A stretch of 64,000 nucleotides of DNA, taken from assembly GCA_036172245.1 (NCBI GenBank), contig JAYWIR010000043.1, positions 496,001-560,000 on the forward strand, given 5' to 3'. Within the stretch, counting starts at the first letter, position 1. Each line of letters starts with the position of its first letter. Under the pieces are notes generated by a model, which worked only from the letters and a program-made list of their open reading frames with translations, ran no database searches and was not told the DNA's origin. Positions 13,330 through 23,646 of this stretch are shown here, in pieces. Made by a program: the position numbers and the translations under genes. This stretch comes from Raillietiella orientalis. Its lineage: Eukaryota.

Positions 13330-13772
13330 AGACGTTGCCTACATGCAGCCGGGCATGATGCGATTGTGGCCAAGATCGGCAGCGGAAGAAACGGCAAAAT
13401 GGGAACGGGGGCCCGAGAATCATCAGCACGTTCCTGGTTTCGATTCGATCCTGGGGCCAGATCCGGTGTTACGGAATGGTGATGCTGGAAGTAGTTTGCT
13501 CCTTTGAGAATGGGAAAGTATCTCAATACCAAGGTGCTGCCAACCGGCAATCCAAGAAAGAAGTCGATGCAAAGGTGATGGCCCCCATCATCATTGGACT
13601 TTTAGGAACTTGTGTCCCGAGCAAGGATGCAGTCCTCCGTGGACTGTATGCGGATGAAATGAGACACCGCAGGGTTGCGTCATGCATTCGCTGCGCTCGC
13701 GGCATCCATTGGAAGGATACGTCGTCTTGGACGATTACTGGACGATGCCTCAATCCCGCGGCAACCTCATAA
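13330..13772 (+). mobile_element. NeSL/Utopia-like non-LTR retrotransposon RLE domain relic
   Basis: Across frameshifts: GHDAIVAKI, ENHQHVPGFDSILGPDPVLR, VVCSFENG, PIIIGLLGTCVPSKDAVLR, VASCIRCARGIHW. This follows the RHN-RPDLV-PFEN-VG.LG.W.P.ND-SRDI order of RLE-clade C-termini. Confidence 0.7.
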
Positions 13773-13974
13773 AGACGAGCACAGCTCTTGGACGTAGAGG
13801 AAGACTTCGCCGAAGTACAGCCTAGGGTGAATGACACCTATTGTGGCATCCTTTTTTTTATTCAATTAGTTGGTGGTACATCTATCTTATCACAGCCAAA
13901 GGCCCTGCCTAATCTTATTTTTCTTATGTTCCTAATCCGTTGCTCGGCCTACTGGGGATTGGCTGGAGAGGTAG

Positions 13975-14260
13975 CCTGTCTCAGCACGTACTCCAGGGGT
14001 CTCTCGCATCGTCCGGTAGGCGCCCCAGTCTGTGCGCCCAGTGGATGTCTCTGCTGGACCTTATGCAAGAGGATACGGCCAGTTTCCTTGTCTTGCTTCC
14101 GTTGCTTTTGTAGATTCCTAATGTTCGCAACACGGCGTCGTTCTTGGGATCCCAGAATCCTAGCTGCATCCACGGTGAAGGCTTGCACCATAGCTGTTCT
14201 GCCTGCCTGGTCGATATTGTGGATTGTGATTGTGACAACTTCGGCGACCAAGGAGGAAGA
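13975..14260 (-). mobile_element. Second NeSL/Utopia-like RLE C-terminal relic, opposite orientation
   Basis: GRTAMVQAFTV, then (frameshift) LGFWDPKNDAVLRTLGIY...KLAVSSCIRSSRDIHWAH; similar at protein level to 13600-13760. Confidence 0.7.
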
Positions 14261-14424
14261 GTGAAAGTGCGAAAAGAGCCTATTTCTACTATTGTAGCAG
14301 TTCACTTGGGAAATAAAACAGGTCTCTCTCTCTCTCTCTCTGGCGGGAGTAGGTCACTCAGGAATTCCGTGTCGAGAAGGTGGGGCTGATCAGAAGCCCG
14401 CGCCAAAGGTCTCTATCGGTGGTA

Positions 14425-14648
14425 CCTCCACTCGCCAGCCAAGTGAACTCGTGCCATCCTTACGTTACGAGTAGCTCTTGATAGAAGCACACGAGATCGC
14501 GTTGCAACTCCACGGAAGCGCCCACAGCAACCGGATTGTCGAGGCACCGGCGTCGCTATGGGGACCACCAAGCCTGCAGTGTGCCTTCCCTGAGGTTCAG
14601 CAACGGGAGTTTCGAATCCTCGAGGCGTTGACAGTCGCGAAGTCCTCA
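14425..14648 (+). repeat. Dispersed repeat, inverted copy of about 20099-20330 (LINE-derived fragment)
   Basis: Its reverse complement (gcacactgcaggcttggtggtccccatagcgacgccggtgcctcgacaatccg) aligns to 20164-20216, and the match extends over about 225 bp with scattered mismatches. Confidence 0.8.
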
Positions 14649-15397
14649 ATTTGCGCGCGTTCTCGTGCGCAAGGAGCTAAGTCTTTGGTTCACCAACTGT
14701 TTGCCATGGGATACAGGCCGACAGGTGGCTTGTCTTCACTTTAAGGAGGGAAGCTCGTTCCATAGTCCTAGTCTGTTCTGGTCTTCTGGAGTCTTTCCTG
14801 ACGAAGATGACATATCTCCGCTTTCCCTCCCGGAAGAAAGGATGTCAAAGAGAAGCGACGACTGCTCTTGACGCACCCCTTTAGTGCACACGTCCTGGGA
14901 AGGCTGCACCCGCATAACTCGTTTGCTGCGTTGTCTTTCCTTTTGCGTTCCGGAAGGAGGCCAACATGCACCTCGACGTTTTCTCTGTTGATCCCTTTCC
15001 CTTTTCCAAGGGAGATAGAAAAGGAGAGCCTGAGAGGAACGAGAGAGGGCTTAGAACGAGGGACATTTTCTGTTTCTCCCTCCCGGCATGCTCGAAGCAC
15101 GTGTTGCTCACTCGGTGGGAGGGTCCCCTCCTTCGGTCCCGTCTCTTTTTGGAATCTGAAGATGGAGGGTGGGGATGGGGAGGAAGAAGAATTCTTTCTT
15201 CCCTTCGAGGTGGCGGAGGCTGCGTCTGGAACGCACACGTGCGATGGCAAGTCACACGCGTCGCTCTGTGCGGGAGAACAGGGGCGGAGCGACGCATCAC
15301 CAGCGGGGAAGCTACCCGCAAGCGTCTGTTCCCAAAGTGATTGAGACCGCATCGATCGAAGCAGCATCTCCTGGAACATTTTTCCGTTCCAGTCCGC

Positions 15398-15459
15398 TCA
15401 GTTGTCCCGTCAAGTGTGGTTTCTAGAGGAAGCGCACGCACACGGAGTAGCCACGAGAG
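15398..15459 (+). promoter_or_regulatory. Candidate initiator and short non-coding first exon of the semaphorin gene
   Basis: TCAGTT (arthropod Inr consensus) at 15398-15403 and donor gag|gtgaga at 15460. The ATG exon has an acceptor (ttgtttccag) at 15882, implying an upstream exon. No DPE match. Confidence 0.25.
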
Positions 15460-15916
15460 GTGAGAGCTCGCGTGGGATTGTTCCCTGCCATCCCCTGCGA
15501 TCCGGTTTTCCCAGGAACGAGGGGGAATGAGGGTGGTTGCTACTTTTCTTTCTCTCTTTCGGAGGGACTGGTCCTTCGCAGAGCCCGCTGGTAGCTTTTC
15601 TTGTCTTTTCCTCTCCTTCCTCTTGACTTGCAGCCTCGAGTGGATCGATTCTAGTGTTTTGTGCAGTCTCTGCGGAACTTCGTAAATCCTTTTTGTCCTT
15701 TCCTCCGTCCTATTTTCTTTCCTCCTGGGTTTCTCCAGAAGAAGCATCATCTTCCGAAGAACCTCCACCTCCTCTTGTTGCGGAAATAACTTTGGACACC
15801 ACGTTAGCATACCTGTCCCCATTGCTGCTTCCATCGGCGAGGGAGATGAATCTGTTCTTTTCTCACCATCTCTTGTTTCCAGGTGAACCGGTGAACTCCT
15901 CCTCCTTTCAAGAAGG

Positions 15917-16010
15917 ATGCTAGGTTCTGCGGCGACTCTCTTGCTCGTCGGATCCTGGCTGGGAACTGCCCAGATCGTTGTGGCCTTGACTCTGCTGACG
16001 TCCTACGAAG
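15917..16010 (+). CDS. Sema5c: Semaphorin-5-like, coding exon 1 (signal peptide)
   Basis: MLGSAATLLLVGSWLGTAQIVVALTLLTSYE; hydrophobic leader; donor aag|gtaact, phase 1. SYE+DL parallels the Sema5 SYxDL start. Confidence 0.8.
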
Positions 16011-16544
16011 GTAACTTATCTCTCTTAAACACAAGAGATCTGTTTGACTGACTCTTCGGAATGTGTGTGTCCGTCGCTTCGACTGCCCAGGCCATCCTGC
16101 CATGTTGTATACGGAGGACTAGGTGTTCCTAGGCGACGCGATTTCCGAGGATTAGCGAGCTTGTTTTGAGGTGCACTTTCGGCATCGCACGAAAGGGAAA
16201 GGAAGGATGAAAGGAAAAAGAAAGCTTAGAGACGTTAGTTGACGTTGTTGAGGAATCTGCCTGTTACCGCGAGGATGAGCAGGCATGCGATCTCCATAGT
16301 CCATTGCGGTCCCTTGCCTGCGACGGCAGTCTTTTCCGCTAAGGGAGAATCATCGTTGCCCCAACCAATCGTTCCTCCTGCTTTGCTTCGCTGAGAGGCT
16401 GCTCCGACAGGAACGCAAGCCGATATCCGACCTCCTTGCTGCAGGTGGTGCGATAACGGTCCATCCAACCCACTTCTAGACATTTGTCCTCTTTCCTCAT
16501 GGGAATGAATCCTCATGGGAGGGATAGTAAGTTGTTCCTTGGAT

Positions 16545-16605
16545 TTCCCTGGCTTCGAAGGTGAGGAACATGTCCAACGTGTTTCTCATCTTCGAAGCCA
16601 GGGAA
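16545..16605 (+). other. 61-nt near-perfect hairpin in semaphorin intron
   Basis: ttccctggcttcgaaggtgaggaacatgt-cca-acgtgtttctcatcttcgaagccagggaa: 29 consecutive pairs, 26 Watson-Crick and 3 G-U on the + strand. Confidence 0.85.
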
Positions 16606-18813
16606 GGGAGGATCCGTCTGCATTCTCCTGAGCTAGCTGACACATCAGCCGCCTAGCGTCTGCTCGCGCACCGCTCCGGGAGCCACCTTCCATCCTCCAG
16701 GGAAGACTTCGCTCCTCTGATGAGTCCGAACTAAAACGCGTTTTCCTCCTCTTCTTTATCTCTCACGCGCACCTTGCTGTGTCCGATCCAGGAAATTCCA
16801 CCGAGCGGTACAGATCGCTTTGTGGTTTCCGAAATCCTTAGGACGAGATAAGAGGAGGAGGCGAGTGCAGATCAGAGGGAGCGCGTCGTGCATCCATCGT
16901 AGTTGCTGGAGAAAACCGGTGGAGCAGAAGCACATCTCGATGCTCGAAGGAGCGTCATTGGTAGATCCGAAATTTTCTACTTCCCCACCGACTTCTTTTT
17001 GCTGTTCCTCCTATTTTCTTTTCCGGTGAAACGGCTTCAGAATCAGCGGATCCTCTCGAATGAGCTCCTCCTTAGTGGGGACTCGTAGTCTGCGTATGTC
17101 TTTGGTGCGTCCCGCGTAGATCGCTTTCGTCTGCGGTCCGGCTGGTGGTGCCTGGTGCTCCTGGCTGCTTTCCGGACTGAAGGAGCATTCTTTCAGTATT
17201 CCGCTTAGTAGAGGAGCAGAGCTGCCTCCGAGACGCTCCCGTTCCTCTTCGCGGTTCATTTTAAGATGCGCTTTTATCTCTTCCGATGAGTGAACTGTGC
17301 TGTGGTCGAATAACGGATGCCCTGTGGTCGAGGGTCGTTGGTTGTGAGGCTAATAGGCAGGAAAGAGGCGTCACGGCATGGAATTTCGTTGCTTCGAAGC
17401 TCTCAAATGCACGAGCGACACAGAATATTCCTCCGAAACAGTGCATAGCTCTACACTGGACAGAAGTGTGCCGAACACCATGCATGCGGCGGTACGTTGG
17501 TGATCATCAAAGTTTGAAGTGTTCTGAGTTACACGGATGCTTCCCAACGGTGGCATCCGGGACTCTCGTGGCAGTGATGCCTGCTGTTTGAAATCCATGG
17601 ACAGGCTACGTGTACACTGTTCCAACATGCATGGACGCGTGCACTTTGGAACTGTCGCACAGGGCTCGTAGACGGATTGCGAATAATTCGTAACGTAAGT
17701 GTCCGCAGAGCGAAAGAAATTCGTCATTACCAGCGCCGCAGGCGTGGGCACATCTTTACACATGAAAGCTTACGGTCCGAAGAGGAAACTCCTCGCCGAT
17801 TGACAGCTGTCAATTTTTTGTATTTGCTCTGCAGGTTTCATGAACTTTCAGCGGGTCATCCCACTTTTCATCGCGCATTATTTTCGAACGAACCGATGAG
17901 TAAACGGAAATATTTGCTCAGAGCGAGTTCCAATTTGTCTCAACTTCTTTTTGTGCAGTTCTTCCGAAACGAGGGCGAATCGGAACAGGAAGTCCAATCG
18001 TGAAGAGGATGTCCCTGGAGAAGAAAAGGAACGAAGGGAACTGTTTTTCGCTTCCTATCGTGAACGGTGCTCTAACATCTCCGTAGATCACCAATTCCTC
18101 AATCTCGTGTTTTTCGATGACCTCATTTTCTTCGGAGCCCTTATTGCAACACAAAAAAAAATCGTGAATTTCCAGTGAGAAAGCTGAAAGCTTGTGCATC
18201 CTTTGCTTATGGGAATCAAAAAAAATGTGTATAATGTATACACGTACATTCTCGATTCCTCATTCTCAAGTGCACTCCCCGATAGTGTTTCGACGGCCTC
18301 ACACGGGAGGCTGTCGCTCCGCGCGTCGGTATCCGAGGCGCTCGAGGTTTCCCAGATCGGGAGGCAGACAGACGCCTTGGTGCAGGTTGTAGGGAAACTC
18401 AGTTTCGGGCTGCCCTTCGAGGGCACCGAAAGATCACAGCGGGCAGGAAGGCGGACTGTTCCTCGGAACCACTAGAGTGCCTCCGCGACCACCTTGCCAA
18501 ACCGTTTGTCTTTCGGGAAAATCGAGGCTCTTGGGAAAGCGATCCACGCCGGTCGAACGTTCAGCACAGGTAGCACCACGGCACGCTCGCGGGTGCGTCT
18601 GACGGGAAGAGGCAATAAAAAAGAGAACAAACAAAAACTAAGAAGTCAGCCGCCGATTGCGGACGAGTTGGAAACAAAGGGGAGAAAAAATTTGCTTTCC
18701 ATTCTTCGTCCTCTGAGGCTGTCTCTTTCGCAGAGAGAGCGTCCGACGGGGGCAAAGGTCTGCAAATATCCAAAAGAGGAAGTCGGTTCAGCTGTTTTTC
18801 TTTCTTTCGATAG

Positions 18814-18910
18814 ATCTGACAGACGCCGACGTATTCTACGATGCCAATCTGAGAAACTATTCGCAGCTCCTGTTTGATGTTATCAATTACCAGGTCATCG
18901 CAAGTGCCAG
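18814..18910 (+). CDS. Sema5c: Semaphorin-5-like, coding exon 2 (Sema domain start)
   Basis: DLTDADVFYDANLRNYSQLLFDVINYQVIASAR matches Sema5 YSQ.LFDV..Q.IVGAR; acceptor tttcgatag, donor cag|gtgagc; phases 1 and 2 fit the neighbouring exons. Confidence 0.92.
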
Positions 18911-20098
18911 GTGAGCTTTTGTGTGCTTGCGGCGCAGTTCCGGTCGTGGAAGGGAATGCCCCTCGCTCCAGAGGGGGCGAGGGACACGGACACGCACGCT
19001 GCCCTGTCACCGTTTCTGGTGCTCTCGGAGTATTTGCCGGGTGTTTCCTCGGCAACACGCTCAGCACCAGCGGTGCCCGCATGGCTGCTGCTTTCTGCTT
19101 TCGCTGCCGACGAGTGCGAAACCCACATGACCGGACGACGTGTGCTGGAAAAGTGCCACATACGGACTTCTTTTCGGGGACCTTTCCCGCTCTCCCCGAT
19201 AGCTTCTTTCCTTCTGCAGAATTGCTCGTGCCTCTTCTGCTCAGTTGTTGATTTGGAAACGCTTGGGAAAAAAAAGAAAAAACGCGTTTTTGCTCTTTTT
19301 ATTTTTATTTTTTTTTTAACGAAAAAAAAAAAGGTAGATGCGTTCGTGCTCTTGTTCTTAGGGTTCAGCCGTTCCTCCGGCGTCGGTAATTCTGCGTCTT
19401 GTCTGCTGCCAGTTTTCTTAATTCACGCCTTTCATTCGGGATGCTGTCGCTCGGCATCGCAACAAGGAAGGTCGCGAGATCACGGGGCAGAATGTGGATG
19501 GTCGTGACGTGCCCGAGCAAATCGGGCGAGCAGCATGGCGGTAGCGCAACTGCCGGTCCAGTGGCAGCCGCATGGCAGCCAGGGACACAGAGCGGTTGCG
19601 GTCCCCGGACTGCTCCCAGTTCTGAACTGACCGCCCGGCTTCCTCGCCCCAGGTGAAGGAGTAGGGTGGTTGAGCGCTTAGCAGCAGAGCCGGCGACTTC
19701 GGCCGAGCTCCAGCGTACGCCGTGCCCGCGAGCACTCGCGGCTGGAAGGGTCGGCGAGGAAGAACTGCGTCCATGGGTTCTTCCGTTTCCTGAAGGAAGC
19801 GTCCTGCATTTTCTTTGCTTTTCGGGATGCGCCCTTCCCTCGCTCCTTCACCCTGCCCTCCGCTCGGCTTGTCGGAAAGCGCTCTGTTGCCTCTGCCCGT
19901 ACCGGCCGCCTCTCGAATTCGGTCTTTCCAGCATGTGAAGGTTTTTTTGGCAGTGTGTGCTGTGACATCCATCTCGTGGTCACGCATCTGATGGCCGCCG
20001 GAATGCCAAAGGGAAGTGAAGACAAATCATCTTTCGGCCTGCAACCCTTGGCAAACAGCGTAATCCGTGGGCCAAAGGCATCTGATTCCCTGTCCACG

Positions 20099-20950
20099 CT
20101 GAGGGCTTTGCGATCGCTGACGCCTTGAGAATTCGAAACTCTCGTTGCTAAACATCAGGGAGAGCACACTGCAGGCTTGGTGGTCCCCATAGCAACGCCG
20201 GTATCTCGACAATCCGAAACTCCGGTTGCTGAAGACACTTCCGTGGCGCCGCGGTGCGGGTTCCGTGTGCTTCTATCGGCAGTTACTCTCAGCGTGAGGA
20301 TCTCACGAGCTCACTTGGCTGGCAGGAGGAAATGTCGCGGGGCGTGGCTGTACAAAGAGCTCCGATCGCTTCTTGTCCTTGGGTGGGAACCCGTGCTTCG
20401 CCCTCGGGATCTCATCCGTGTCCCTCTTCGAGGAAACGAGAAGAATGGTGCGCCCCTTTTCAGGAGGCCGCATCGGAATCGAAGGGTGGTGGGGATTCGT
20501 CCGAATTCGTGGTCGGTAATAATCCTCCGAGGGCAATGCAGAGGTCCAGACTGCTGCTTCCAAGGTAGTCTTGGCCAGGGGATGGGAGCATCCATGCCTC
20601 TCCCGTGGTCTTTTAAGAGGGAGAAAAATCGAGTTACCGTGCGACCGGAAGTGCCGGGCTCAGGGCTCGCGATTCTGCCACCTCAAGGTCGCATCAAGAC
20701 CACCAGTCCCAGGGCTTGTTTCCGGGTAGCGGGTTGAAAGCAACACTACAGGACGCGTGAAAAATCAGTGGAACGAGGCGTCCAGGTGTGGTCCTCCACG
20801 GTTCTTCCTTCCTAAAGCTGCTAACTTTCGAGGTCCATCCTGGGGCGTCCTGAGCCAACAGTGAAGGGAGGAGCCTCCTAGGAGTGCGAACCCAGACAAG
20901 ACCCACGTTGAGCACTCAAACCATTCCATTCTGCCTCTTTTCCCCATGAG
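20099..20950 (-). mobile_element. Heavily decayed LINE (jockey/CR1-like) reverse transcriptase relic
   Basis: Weak frame-broken resemblance to RT segments (LLPSLL...GRLVPLIF; IPW...; KRSELF.QPRP). Its distal part is repeated at 14425-14648. Confidence 0.35.
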
Positions 20951-20995
20951 AGGACGTTCTTGGTTCCTTGCTCCACTTCCAGCGAGATCTGTTTC

Positions 20996-22030
20996 ACATC
21001 CGGGTGCACCAGGGCGTTTATTATGAAAAATAAACATACATGTGTAGGACTGTCGGCCCTACAGCGTCCGAAAATTTTCGGAACTTGCCGACCAACCGGC
21101 ACGCAGCCCAGCGGGGTTCGACTCGACAGCGGAGGGGGCAAACGAAAAGAAAAATAAAAACAGAAAGACACCATATACAAAAAAATGGGAGGGTTTGGGA
21201 AGGGATCACATTGCGCTGGAGGTCATCCTCCGCACCCTTTCCAGGATGCCGGCAAGTTCCATCCGTGTATGTTCCAGGTGGGGCCATCTTGCTGCCGTCC
21301 TCAGGAAGCGCAGGGAGAAACAGATGGCGTCCCTCTCGTGCCATCCTCCTCTCGCGTAGCTCCAGGCCGTCACAATCCCGCGTAGGCAGCAAATAGCTTC
21401 CAGGGATGCGGCAGGCGCCGCGCACGAAGAGGCGCTTGAAAATGTCTCTGCGATTATCCGTCGGTGCACCAAGGGTCGTTGCGTAACGCAACGACCCTTG
21501 GTGCAGGGGCTGGAGGGGCTGGAGGGCGACACAGTCTGCGAGCAGGTGCGGGATGAATTTCCGTTCCCCGCACTTGCAGCAGTTTGGGTCCATAGCCCCT
21601 CGGGTCCAGTGAGAGCGGCGGGCGATGCACGGGACGTGCCAATGCAACAGCAGAAGTGCCGACTTCTGCCACTTCAGGGGGAAGGTCCGATTGTTCTTCC
21701 GCGCTGGTGGCCACTCAACGTCCTCCTGTAGGCTTCCCAGCAGCTCACCCCAGCTCAATGGGGCACTTGGAGTCGAAGTGTCTGTTAGCTGACCTGTGGT
21801 CCATCCACCTTGCTCCTTAGTCCGAAAAACTCTGTCGCAACTGACCTCCCATTTGGCAGGTTGATTATTGTCCAGGTGCTCCCTGAGGAAGGGTCTCTCG
21901 AGATCTGTGGAACAAAACCCCACCACCGCCTGGGTTCGTCCTGGGTGCTTCAGGCATGTTCCCCATTCGTTCCGCGCGCTGCCTCCCCGTTTTGAAGTCC
22001 TTGCCATCGGGAAGGATGCGCGACCCTCCG
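20996..22030 (-). mobile_element. L1/Tx1-type non-LTR retrotransposon, 3' ~1 kb (zf-RVT region and 3' UTR)
   Basis: ORF 22007-21021 contains KWQKSALLLLHWHVPC...DPNCCKCGERKFIPHLLADC (CCHC zinc finger downstream of RT), with a frameshift near 21430. Second copy at 11313-11728. Confidence 0.85.
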
Positions 22031-23030
22031 AAAGTGCTTGTTCTTTTCTTCATCACCAGCTAACCTTCTCATTCCGGCTTCTTCACTTCTGCCTGCTCCT
22101 GCCTTGCTTGACCCATCTCGCGGGGAGAGCGGTTCCAAGAGTCGGGCGAGGATGGAGAGAGGGTTGGCCAGAATCGCTCGCTTTGGTCACCCTCAAGGGG
22201 TGTGGGACTTTGTTCCAGACTGCAGGGGGAACTGTCCTTCCCTCCGCTCCCCCGCAGCAAGGGGACGTTCTTCCTCCTCACCGTTCATTTCCCGTGCGGA
22301 GCGGATTTTCGGTCGGGCACTCCTTTTGACTCGGGGAAGGGAGAGTTGCGGGAGTGGTAGGGGGAGGTCATGTGCCCTCGTTTCGGGTGTCGCCACTCCT
22401 ATCTCCTCCCCTTTTGTACGATTTCAAACCTTCTCACAAACCGCCAAGCCGTTCCCCGATTCCTTCCGGAGATGCAGGAGCTATTCCTTCTCGCTTCTGT
22501 TCACGAGAGAGAGCGCAGCGTTCCTCATCTGATATGGAAGGGGAGGAAGGGAGAGATGCGTGTCCATGCTCGGTCGCAGCATAGAAACGTCTGCAAGAAC
22601 CCACCGGGAAGGGGAGGGAAGGAGGGAGGTGGAGGAGGAAAAGTGGCGACGATTACTGGCTTCCGAAAACAGGACATGACATATCTTTGGAGGGTCAAGT
22701 TGGAAGACTCCTCCTCCCCCTCCTTTCTGTCGTGCTCTTCCTCCCCGACATGAGGGAAGGGAGCCTGACTTCTATGTGCAGTCCGAAGAGCTTCCTTCTA
22801 CTCACGGTGGGGACTCGGCAATGGCTGCGGCTTCCGCCTGAGGTACCCAAGCGGAATTCTGGTAAAGCGAAGAACGCGGGGTGGCTGTTGAGTGAGTGTG
22901 GTAGCTCAGGGTCATCTGCTCATCTTCTCGGGGGAGGGAGAAGGGGATACAGTAATGAGGGCTCATTGGGGAGGATGGTCTTCAGCCGGCACGTGCTCAG
23001 ACGGCAGGACGCGCTCTTTTCTTTTTCCAG

Positions 23031-23238
23031 GGACCACCTCCTGCGCCTGAGTCTGACCGGTCTAACCAAGCTGGAAGAGGCCGACCTCTCCCCTGACATT
23101 GACAGCTTTTCCCTCTGCCTTGTTAAGGGGCAGGAGGAAGAGTCCTGCCACAATTACATCAAAGTACTCCTCAGGCAAGGGAGACACATCCTGGCCTGTG
23201 GAACGTTCGCCTTCAAGCCGATGTGCTCCCTGAGAAAT
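23031..23238 (+). CDS. Sema5c: Semaphorin-5-like, coding exon 3 (Sema domain)
   Basis: DHLLRLSL...CLVKGQEEESCHNYIKVL...LACGTFAFKPMC; acceptor tttttccag, donor aat|gtgagt. Confidence 0.95.
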
Positions 23239-23349
23239 GTGAGTGCGGCTCCTTCTCGTTTTCTTTCTTCTCGTCCCCCCCCCCGTGGGGGGCCTTTTTT
23301 TCCTTGCTTCTCCATCTCGCTTCCGGTGGGAACCAGGTTTTGTTTGTAG

Positions 23350-23646
23350 GCTCAGGCCCTGAGCTCGGTGCTGAAGGAGTACAGCGGCGTGGGCGTGTGC
23401 CCTTACAACCCTTCGGCGCCTGCCGCCTCCGTGATTTCGGGGGGGAACCTCTTCGTGGGCAGCCACCTGGACTTCAGCTCGGCGGATGCGGCCATCACGG
23501 GGCTCATGGGAGAGGATGGGGCAGTGCTGAGGACCAAGCAGTACGACCGCTCGTGGCTGAACAACCCTGCGTTCGTGACCGCTTTTGAGGACGGCCACCA
23601 CGTTTACTTCCTCTTCCGGGAGGAGGTCGACTCGTGCGACGGAAAG
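23350..23646 (+). CDS. Sema5c: Semaphorin-5-like, coding exon 4 (Sema domain)
   Basis: SGVGVCPYNP...DFSSADAAI...LRTKQYDRSWLNNPAFV...HVYFLFRE; acceptor tttgtag, donor aag|gtaaga. Confidence 0.95.

Noticed and set aside
13790..13975. U2 snRNA, spliced-leader or 28S target remnant between the RLE fragments
   Set aside because: No recognisable match by eye.
12313..15834. Overlapping 200-317 aa ORFs on both strands
   Set aside because: Low-complexity Arg/Ser/Pro/Glu-rich translations typical of GC-rich non-coding DNA.
16717..16740. Hammerhead-like start ctgatgagtccgaa
   Set aside because: The stem II 3' strand and GAAA core are missing (ctaaaac follows); cannot support a ribozyme.
22687..23030. 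Hydrophobic LLLPLLSVVLFL and LTVGTR as the semaphorin N-terminus in ORF 22687-23349
   Set aside because: No ATG before the hydrophobic run. The exons at 15917 and 18814 give a much better signal peptide and YSQLLFD motif with canonical splice sites.
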